From: Gemmatimonadota bacterium
GTDB taxonomy: Bacteria; Gemmatimonadota; Gemmatimonadetes; Gemmatimonadales; Gemmatimonadaceae
Reading direction: 5' to 3'
DNA length: 64,000 bases
Assembly (NCBI GenBank): GCA_040389905.1
Contig: JAZJZK010000006.1
Span: 32,001 to 96,000 of the forward strand
Shown here piece by piece: positions 57,582-64,000 of the stretch. The notes under the pieces are model-generated. The model searched no databases. It saw only the letters and a program-made list of their open reading frames with translations, and was not told where the DNA came from. Positions within the stretch are counted from its first letter, which is position 1. Every line of letters begins with the position of its first letter. A program made the translations under genes and the position numbers.

Positions 57582-58715
57582 TCAGAAATCGTTCGGCGCC
57601 GACAGGATTTTCAGCACCTCCTCCGCCTGTGCTCGGAGCGGATCTTCACGCGGAGCACGCGCAACGAACTGCGCATAGGCCGCGGTGGCCGCCTTCGTGT
57701 CACCGGACACCTCGAGTGCATTACCGAGGCGGAAATAGGCTGCGGCGAAGAACGGCTCGAGCGCGACGGCCGCGCGCATCTGCGTCACGGCGTCCTTGGA
57801 GCGGCCGGCGGCAAGCAACACCTTGCCATAACCGAGTCGAAGCATCACGTCGCTGGGATCGATCTCGACGGCCGTCGCGTACTCCAGCAGCGCGGAAGTC
57901 GTATCCTTCTTCTGCAGCGCGAGGTCGCCGAGCATCGCGTGGGCGGGGACGAACCCAGGGTTCTCGGTAACTGAGCGTGCAAACGACTGCTTCGCCTCTG
58001 CCGTCCGCCGCTGGAGCATGTTCAGCATGCCCGCCGCGTATTCCAGCAGTTCTTTCGACTGATAGCCCTGACCGACAGTCGCGCTGTCCTGTTCGCGCAA
58101 CTGCGCCAGGAGCGTCGCAAGTTCGGCTGCCGCGCTGTCCACTCGCTGCAGATTCAATAGCGCGGACGCGCGATTATAGCGAAGATAGCCGAACTTCTTG
58201 GGGTCGCGCGCCACGGCCCGCCCGAAGGCGTCGGCGGCCTGCTGCAGTTCACCGTTTGCATACGCAATCCATCCACGCGTGATTGCATCGTCCCCCCACT
58301 TGCCCGGAAGGAGGTCGTACAGGAACACGCTGAGGCCCTGATGAACGAGCGGATTCCGTCGCAGTGCGAGCGCGCGAAGAGAATCGGCGTGCTGCACGGC
58401 CGGCTCTATTGCGATCTTCTTGTCCCCTCGCATGTACTCGAGAAATCGGTCGGGGTCGCGCGCCCAAAAGGCGATCCAACAGGCGAACAGCGGCTCCGCA
58501 CGACTTGGGTCGAGGCGCGCGGCCCACTGGAATGCATTTTCGGCTGTCTTCCGGTCGTTCCGAAGCTTTTCGATGCCGAGATCGTAGTACGCGTTCCAGT
58601 CGTTTCGGTCCGCGCCGGCGGGCAGCGGCGGAGGTTGGAACGTCTGCGCGCTGCCACCACGAACCGCGCCCCCAAGGAGCGCGGCAACGAACAGGATGTA
58701 CGCGCGTGAAGTGAT
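57582..58715 (-). CDS. Secreted tetratricopeptide-repeat protein (probable ATC start)
   Basis: Frame of the 283-aa ORF stays open 94 codons upstream and encodes a signal peptide ([24 protein letters not shown]); TPR-like helices (AHAMLG, LGYGKVL, AYFRLG). Confidence 0.75.
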   Translation of the reverse strand: MTSRAYILFVAALLGGAVRGGSAQTFQPPPLPAGADRNDWNAYYDLGIEKLRNDRKTAENAFQWAARLDPSRAEPLFACWIAFWARDPDRFLEYMRGDKKIAIEPAVQHADSLRALALRRNPLVHQGLSVFLYDLLPGKWGDDAITRGWIAYANGELQQAADAFGRAVARDPKKFGYLRYNRASALLNLQRVDSAAAELATLLAQLREQDSATVGQGYQSKELLEYAAGMLNMLQRRTAEAKQSFARSVTENPGFVPAHAMLGDLALQKKDTTSALLEYATAVEIDPSDVMLRLGYGKVLLAAGRSKDAVTQMRAAVALEPFFAAAYFRLGNALEVSGDTKAATAAYAQFVARAPREDPLRAQAEEVLKILSAPNDF

Positions 58716-59965
58716 TACGCCTCTTTCTTTCGCTTCGTCGGAGCCAGTTCGAGAAGCGGCGCCGTGCCGTTCAGCACACTCGACTCGGTGATCTTCACCT
58801 CGACGACATCCTCGCGCGTCGGCAGGTCGAACATCACATCCGTCAGTAATTCTTCGAGAATGGCGCGGAGGCCGCGGGCCCCCGTGCCGCGCTTGAGCGC
58901 CTTCTGCGCGATCGCGCGCAGTGCGGAGACCTCGAAGGTGAGACGCACTTCCTCGAGATCGAACAACTTGGTGTACTGCTTGGTGAGCGCGTTCTTCGGC
59001 TCCTGAAGGATGCGGACGAGCGACTCCTCGTCGAGCCCTTCGAGCGGCACCGTGACGGGCAGGCGGCCAACCAGCTCTGGAATGAGGCCGAAGCGCAGGA
59101 GATCATCGGGCTCGACTTCGGAGAAGGCGTTCTTCGAGAGCGTCGCGAGCTTGACGGGATCGGTCTCAACCTTGGAGAACCCGATTTGCCGGCGGCCGGT
59201 ACGTGATTCGATGATCTTTTCGAGGCCGTCGAACGCACCGCCACAGATGAACAGGATGTCCTTGGTGTTGATCTGGATGTATTCCTGTTGCGGATGCTTG
59301 CGGCCGCCCTGCGGCGGTACGCTTGCGACGGTGCCCTCGAGAATCTTGAGGAGCGCCTGCTGCACGCCTTCGCCACTGACGTCGCGCGTAATGCTCGGGT
59401 TTTCCGACTTGCGCGCGATCTTGTCAATTTCGTCGATGTAGACGATTCCGCGCTCGCACTCGGCGACGTTGAAGTCGCCCGCCTGGAGCAGCCGCACGAG
59501 GATGTTCTCGACGTCTTCCCCGACGTAGCCGGCTTCCGTCAGCGTTGTTGCGTCGGCGATGGTGAAGGGCACATCGAGGATGCGTGCGAGCGTCTGCGCG
59601 AGGAGCGTCTTCCCGACACCCGTTGGTCCGATCAACAGGATGTTGGACTTGTCCAGTTCGACGTCGTCTTCGCGGACGGACGCCGAGTTGATGCGCTTGT
59701 AGTGATTGTAGACGGCAACCGCGAGGGCCTTCTTCGCCCGCTCCTGGCCGATGACGTAGCCGTCGAGCGTATCCTTGATCTCCTGCGGCGTCGGGACCTG
59801 CGTGATCGCTTCCGCGACCTCGCGCTCTTCGTCCTCGGCGAGGATTTCGTTGCAGAGCGCGATGCACTCGTTGCAGATGTAGACGGAGGGCCCGGAGATG
59901 AACTTCCGGACGGAGTCCTTCGACTTGCCGCAGAACGAACAGCGGAGGTGTTTGTCGTGCGACAT
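58715..59965 (-). CDS. clpX: Clp protease ATPase subunit
   Basis: CSFCGK zinc finger, [30 protein letters not shown] loop. Confidence 0.98.
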   Translation of the reverse strand: MSHDKHLRCSFCGKSKDSVRKFISGPSVYICNECIALCNEILAEDEEREVAEAITQVPTPQEIKDTLDGYVIGQERAKKALAVAVYNHYKRINSASVREDDVELDKSNILLIGPTGVGKTLLAQTLARILDVPFTIADATTLTEAGYVGEDVENILVRLLQAGDFNVAECERGIVYIDEIDKIARKSENPSITRDVSGEGVQQALLKILEGTVASVPPQGGRKHPQQEYIQINTKDILFICGGAFDGLEKIIESRTGRRQIGFSKVETDPVKLATLSKNAFSEVEPDDLLRFGLIPELVGRLPVTVPLEGLDEESLVRILQEPKNALTKQYTKLFDLEEVRLTFEVSALRAIAQKALKRGTGARGLRAILEELLTDVMFDLPTREDVVEVKITESSVLNGTAPLLELAPTKRKKEA

Positions 59966-60090
59966 GGCGGTGGCTCTGCGAGGGGTACTGCGAAAGAGTT
60001 AATGCGGGCGTTTCAACTGGTCAAGCAATGGACGACTGGACTACCGACGACGGCACGCTCAGGACTGCCAGCGAGCGAAGCGAGCGACCA

Positions 60091-60729
60091 TCACTTTATG
60101 GCCGCTGCTTGCGCTGCAATCACCTGAGGATCCACGAGATCGCCGCGATTCGAGATCACGTTGTCGATGAGGCCATAGCCCTTCGCTTCCTCCGCCGACA
60201 TGAAAAAGTCGCGAATCATGTCACGCTCGATCTGTTCGACCGGGCGTCCGGTGTGCTTGCTGTAAATCGTGTTGAGCTGGTGCCGGAGGAACAGGATTTC
60301 CTTCGCCTGGATTTCGATGTCCGCCGCCGTCCCCTGCGTGCCACCGGAGGGTTGGTGGATCATGATGCGGGAGTGGGGCAACGCGCTGCGCTTGCCCTTG
60401 CGGCCCGCCGCCAGGAGGAACGAGCCCATGCTGGCCGCCAGACCCATGCAGATCGTGTTGACCGGTGCCTTCAGGTACTGCATCGTGTCGTAGATCGCGA
60501 GCCCTGCCGACACGCTGCCGCCCGGTGAGTTGATGTACACAAAAATGTCGCGATCCGGATTGTCCGCCTCGAGAAAGAGCAGCTGGGCAATGATGATGTT
60601 CGCGACGTCATCGTTGATCGGCGTGCCGAGGAAGACGATGCGGTCCATCAACAACCGCGAGAAGATGTCGTAGGTGCGTTCGCCCCGGCTGGAGCGCTCG
60701 ATGACGTACGGCGGATAGATCGTGGCCAT
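60091..60729 (-). CDS. clpP: Clp protease proteolytic subunit
   Basis: [28 protein letters not shown]. Confidence 0.97.
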   Translation of the reverse strand: MATIYPPYVIERSSRGERTYDIFSRLLMDRIVFLGTPINDDVANIIIAQLLFLEADNPDRDIFVYINSPGGSVSAGLAIYDTMQYLKAPVNTICMGLAASMGSFLLAAGRKGKRSALPHSRIMIHQPSGGTQGTAADIEIQAKEILFLRHQLNTIYSKHTGRPVEQIERDMIRDFFMSAEEAKGYGLIDNVISNRGDLVDPQVIAAQAAAIK

Positions 60730-60737
60730 GGGGTTGC

Positions 60738-61994
60738 TCACTGTTCTACACCATTGGTGACTTCGTTACGTGCGGTCAACCACTCGAACACTTTTTCTTC
60801 CGTGATGCTCCGCTCGATCTCGGGCAGGCGGCCGGCCTTCTGAAGGGACGCATAGACTTGGCCCGGATCGGTTTTCCGCTGTTCGGCCACCTTGGCGACG
60901 CGATCGTCGACATCGCGCTCGGTGGCGGCCAACTTTTCCTGGTCGGCGATCGCATCGATCAGCATATCGCGGCGCACCTGCTTCTCGGCGACCGACGCGA
61001 ACTCGGCGGCGAACGTCTGTCGCTGTTCCTCGGGGATCTGATACGCTTGCATGTAGGCGTCGATCATCCGGTGGACCCAGCTGGGGGGCACGTCGAACGG
61101 ATTTGCTTCGGCGACCTGGTCGAGCAGGGCCTGTCGAACGAGTGCGTCGGCGTCGCGTGTGGCGTGCTCCGTGAGGTCGGCGCGCACCGCCGTCTGCAGT
61201 GCGTCGAGGGTGTCGAAATCACCGACTTCGCGGGCGAAGGTGTCGTCGAGCGCGGGCGCCGCCTTCCGCTTCACCTCCTGCAGCGTGACGCGGACGTTCT
61301 TGCTCGTGCCGCGCTGCGCCTCGTCCGGGAAGTCGTCGGGCCATCGGACGATGCGTTCCTTCGTTTCGCCGGGGGTGAGCTCCATGATGAGCTCTTCTAC
61401 ACCGGGAATCGCCTGATCGCTTCCGAGAACGAGCGGATAGGGACGCCCCTCAGGCATGTCCGCTCCGGGCGTGTCGGGCGTCGCGAGCAGGACCTGGACA
61501 CGGTCGCCTTCGCGCGGCGCTTCCTCGACCGGGGCCCATGTGGCCTTCTGGTCGCGGAGTGTTTCGATCTGTTCAGCGACCGTCTCGTCGGTCACGGCGC
61601 GCGCGGTCCGCGTCACGCGAAAGCCCTGCGTCCGCTTGAGCTCGATCGTGGGCTTGACTTCGAGATGCAGCTCGAAGGTCAACGGCTGGCCGTCCTCGAA
61701 CTTGATACCGTGCACGTGTGGCTGTGCGGCCACATCGATTTTTTCGCGTTCCATCACTTCCTTGAACGCCTCCTGGACCAGCGATTCGATGACCTGCTGC
61801 CGAATCGCGTCCTTGAAGCGCTTGCGCACCATGGCGGCCGGCGCCTTTCCTGGGCGAAAACCGGGTAGGCGAACGGAGGAGGCGTACCGCTTCGCTTGCT
61901 TGTCCTCTTCGCTCTGAACGGTGGCGAACGGGACGGAAACTTCGAGCAGGCGCTCAACGCCCTCGCTCTTCTTCGTTGTGATCTGTATGTCCAT
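60738..61994 (-). CDS. tig: Trigger factor
   Basis: GFRPGKAP ribosome-binding signature, FKBP-like domain; upstream of clpP; start ATG 61994. Confidence 0.95.
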   Translation of the reverse strand: MDIQITTKKSEGVERLLEVSVPFATVQSEEDKQAKRYASSVRLPGFRPGKAPAAMVRKRFKDAIRQQVIESLVQEAFKEVMEREKIDVAAQPHVHGIKFEDGQPLTFELHLEVKPTIELKRTQGFRVTRTARAVTDETVAEQIETLRDQKATWAPVEEAPREGDRVQVLLATPDTPGADMPEGRPYPLVLGSDQAIPGVEELIMELTPGETKERIVRWPDDFPDEAQRGTSKNVRVTLQEVKRKAAPALDDTFAREVGDFDTLDALQTAVRADLTEHATRDADALVRQALLDQVAEANPFDVPPSWVHRMIDAYMQAYQIPEEQRQTFAAEFASVAEKQVRRDMLIDAIADQEKLAATERDVDDRVAKVAEQRKTDPGQVYASLQKAGRLPEIERSITEEKVFEWLTARNEVTNGVEQ

Positions 61995-62160
61995 GGGCTG
62001 GAATCTAACGGCCGGTGATTCCGGCTTGCAGGTGCGGGCGGTGCGCGGCGCATAAAGGCCGGGCGCGCGGCGCGGTCGGCGTGGACGCAGAGTGGATCTT
62101 GCCAAACAGCGCGCTGAGGCGAAGATTGTGCGCTGGTGGGTTTTGAAAACTCACAGTCAG

Positions 62161-62242
62161 TGCGAGAGAGGGGACTCGAACCCCTAAGCCTTGCGGCGCC
62201 AGATCCTAAGTCTGGTGCGTCTGCCAGTTTCGCCACTCTCGC
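62161..62242 (-). tRNA. tRNA-Leu (anticodon TAG), CCA not encoded
   Basis: GCGAGAG/CTCTCGC acceptor stem, D-loop TGGCAGA, anticodon arm CCAGA-CTTAGGA-TCTGG, variable arm GCCGCAAGGC, GTTCGAGTC T-loop. Confidence 0.97.
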
Positions 62243-62456
62243 GTAGTGTTCTAATTTATGACAGTTGTTGGCATTGCGGTAGGGTTGACCGATGTGGCAC
62301 GGAAAGCAAGCTGTTTCATCACCTCCGCAGATGTGCGGTACGGACGCAACACATCTCCTTGGTCTGCCGGTGCGATGCCAGTTGCGGGAATTCCGTAAGT
62401 CGTTGTAGTTCAGGCAGTTAGTAGATTGGCACGCGATGTAAATACTGTTCCTCGGA

Positions 62457-62473
62457 TCGGCACCTGTTTTGCC
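62457..62473 (+). promoter_or_regulatory. Sigma54 (-24/-12) promoter candidate for the PEP-CTERM gene
   Basis: tcGGCACctgttTTGCc = GG-N10-GC; upstream inverted repeat AGATGTG-N14-CACATCT at 62329-62356. Confidence 0.7.
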
Positions 62474-62579
62474 TAGTATGTGGCCGGAAGGCAGATGACG
62501 GTGCTCGTAAGTTGGATGAGTTGTCTGCTCGCCTCCTCACGTAAACCCTGTTCGACCCGCCCATTCCGGAGCTTTGCCC

Positions 62580-63233
62580 ATGAATAAGATCATCAAGCGC
62601 GTGGCATTATTGGCTGCCGTGCTGCTCGCGCCTTCGATGGCGCAGGCGCAGTTGATTGACCAGTCCAATTACGGTAGCGATGGCGTTTCTGGCCCGTATA
62701 CGGGTGTCGGCTACTCCAACACCAGTATGGGTAATGTGTTCTTCGGCCAGTACTTCGTGCCGCAGCAGAACAACATCATCGGCGCGAGCATCATCCTGTA
62801 CAACGACGGCACGACTGCAAAGTCGTTCTACCTGGGCACGGAAGTGTACGATGCGACCGATACGTTCGTCACCGACGGCTCCAACCACTGGACGAATTTC
62901 CTCCCAGGCACGTACCTGATCGCGACGGTTCCATTCACGCCGGCACTCGTCACACCAGGCCAGACGTACTATCTGGACTATGTCATCCTCAACGATGACT
63001 TCAGCTTGTATGACTCTGAGATCCACTACGTCATCGACACGAACGAGCTCTACCCCGATGGCGTGGCGTTCCGCTTCGACATGGAGAACAACAATTACTC
63101 CGAGAGCGGTGACATGGTGTTCGAGGAGTACTACGAAGGTGCCGCCACGCCGGAGCCAGCCAGCATGGTCCTCTTGGCGACGGGTCTGGTCGGAGTGATC
63201 GGCGTCGCTCGTCGCCGCCGCAAGCAGGCCTAG
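62580..63233 (+). CDS. PEP-CTERM sorting-signal surface protein
   Basis: GGAG RBS; signal peptide ending AQA-Q; acidic, Tyr/Asn-rich body; TPEPASMVLLATGLVGVIGVARRRRK. Confidence 0.93.
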   Translation: MNKIIKRVALLAAVLLAPSMAQAQLIDQSNYGSDGVSGPYTGVGYSNTSMGNVFFGQYFVPQQNNIIGASIILYNDGTTAKSFYLGTEVYDATDTFVTDGSNHWTNFLPGTYLIATVPFTPALVTPGQTYYLDYVILNDDFSLYDSEIHYVIDTNELYPDGVAFRFDMENNNYSESGDMVFEEYYEGAATPEPASMVLLATGLVGVIGVARRRRKQA

Positions 63234-63308
63234 TCTTCGCAACGGAGCGAGTGATTCCTGGGCAGAACGCTCGCTTGAGTCGGGCGAACAAGTAGTCGAT
63301 CAGGGTAC

Positions 63309-63350
63309 ATAACAGGGGCGGCGCCATTCGAATGGCGCCGCCCCTGTTAT
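63309..63350. terminator. Perfect 42-bp palindrome, probable intrinsic terminator
   Basis: ATAACAGGGGCGGCGCCATTC|GAATGGCGCCGCCCCTGTTAT, 75 nt after the PEP-CTERM stop. Confidence 0.75.
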
Positions 63351-63407
63351 TGCGTCACGAGCGGCGGGCATCCCGAGCGAAGAGGACGGGGGCGGGCGTC
63401 TCTCCCG

Positions 63408-63603
63408 TGAGCTGGAGCACGAGCTGAACGTGAGCTCTGAGCTGCAGCGCGAGCGGGAGCGCGAGCTGTGAGCAATGAGCCTCTCAGCGCTTGAGCTTGA
63501 GCTCAAAGCTCTCGCTCGTGCTCTTGTCGGCTCAATGCTGGAGGCTCAATCTCAAGCGCTTGCTCCCGCTCAAAGCTCACATTCAAGCTCGTGCGCTAGC
63601 TCA
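63408..63603. repeat. Fold-back element of GAGC/GCTC hexamer-like tandem units
   Basis: TGAGCTGGAGCACGAGCTGAACGTGAGCTCTGAGC matches the reverse complement of the 3' end (TGAGCTAGCGCACGAGCTTGAATGTGAGCTTTGAGC). Confidence 0.8.
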
Positions 63604-63644
63604 AAAGCAGAAGGCCCCGCGCAAGAGCGCGGGGCCTTCTGCTT
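63603..63644 (-). terminator. Intrinsic terminator of the minus-strand PDZ/HtrA-like gene
   Basis: 18-bp stem AAGCAGAAGGCCCCGCGC/GCGCGGGGCCTTCTGCTT with 4-nt loop, ending in TTTT on the minus strand. Confidence 0.85.
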
Positions 63645-63702
63645 GAATCCATGCATTCTGCCCCGACCGTGCTTCTTATAGGTAGAGGTAGAACGCGCGT
63701 GC

Positions 63703-64000
63703 CTACTGTACCTGAACCGTTACCGCGCTGGTGCTCGAGCTCCGCAGGTCGTACACCATAAAGGAAACCAGGTCGCCACTCTTCAGCTTGGAGAGCACGC
63801 TTTCGAGGTCCGACGCGCTCCGCAACGCGTGACGCGGACCGGGATTGATGACTTCCAGAAGAATCGTCGCATCGGCCGACAGCTTCCGATACGCAGGTCC
63901 GGTCAAGTTGACATCGCTAACGACGAGGCCTTTCGAGTACGGTTCGGCGAGCTTCGCCTGCGTCACCAGCTCCGCAGACACGGGTTCGACGGTGATACCC
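63703..64000 (-). CDS. 3' end of a PDZ-domain protein, probably DegP/HtrA serine protease (partial)
   Basis: GITVEPV...GLVVSDV..GPA...ILLEV...SDL..VL..LKSGD.V pattern of a terminal PDZ domain; runs off the window. Confidence 0.7.
   Translation of the reverse strand, partial: GITVEPVSAELVTQAKLAEPYSKGLVVSDVNLTGPAYRKLSADATILLEVINPGPRHALRSASDLESVLSKLKSGDLVSFMVYDLRSSSTSAVTVQVQ

Noticed and set aside
58660..58680. Suspected frameshift in the G-run of the TPR signal peptide
   Set aside because: On recount the run has five G and the frame is continuous; only the start codon is atypical.
62161..63350. tRNA-Leu as integration site for an island carrying the lower-GC PEP-CTERM gene
   Set aside because: No integrase or duplicated tRNA 3' end is visible, and the PEP-CTERM gene lies on the tRNA 5' side.
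50082..63603. Short tandem repeats as possible CRISPR arrays
   Set aside because: Units are 6-12 bp with no unique spacers, and there are no cas genes.
63300..63681. Short Ser/Glu/Leu-rich ORFs at 63300-63506, 63475-63681 and the Pro/Ser-rich ORF at 52643-52849
   Set aside because: Translations simply reflect the underlying tandem repeats; no RBS or other coding evidence.

Overview
High-GC bacterial chromosomal window, most likely Gemmatimonadota. This is an inference from the PEP-CTERM tails of the form PEPAS(L/M)VL(F/L)ATGLxGV...ARRRR and from overall gene style. The window is densely coding and mostly housekeeping: aldehyde dehydrogenase, a secreted beta-propeller/phosphoesterase, NadR-like protein, Mrp/ApbC, MATE, YihY, a SigW-like ECF sigma/zinc anti-sigma operon, late menaquinone genes (ubiE-ubiD-ubiA-ubiX), purD-fpg-UvrC/Cho-like, a truncated arginase, M48 peptidase, two PEP-CTERM genes with sigma54-like promoters, a cystathionine gamma-synthase/lyase, an HD-GYP response regulator, MCP, glmM-glmS-AsnB-like, a MoxR/DUF58/DUF4350/DUF4129/RDD-SpoIIM cluster, dtd-maf, LPS GT9/Kdo-kinase genes behind an FHA-GAF adenylate cyclase, trpE, a probable outer-membrane barrel, a PilB/GspE ATPase fused to a Nudix hydrolase, and tRNA-Leu-tig-clpP-clpX-TPR-lon-engB. 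It ends inside a PDZ-domain (HtrA-like) gene. No CRISPR array, prophage or transposase is visible. The most unusual signals are: (1) the orphan GspE/PilB-Nudix fusion; (2) several intergenic fold-back elements built from short tandem units (6/12-bp and 9-bp period) plus a REP-like palindrome; (3) TAnnnT boxes 5-7 nt before many start codons, suggesting leaderless mRNAs; (4) a probable ATC start codon coupled to the clpX stop; (5) a SigW-type promoter placed between sigma and anti-sigma genes. All family calls come from reading motifs by eye; no database searches were run. Several start codons were re-assigned relative to the ORF track.
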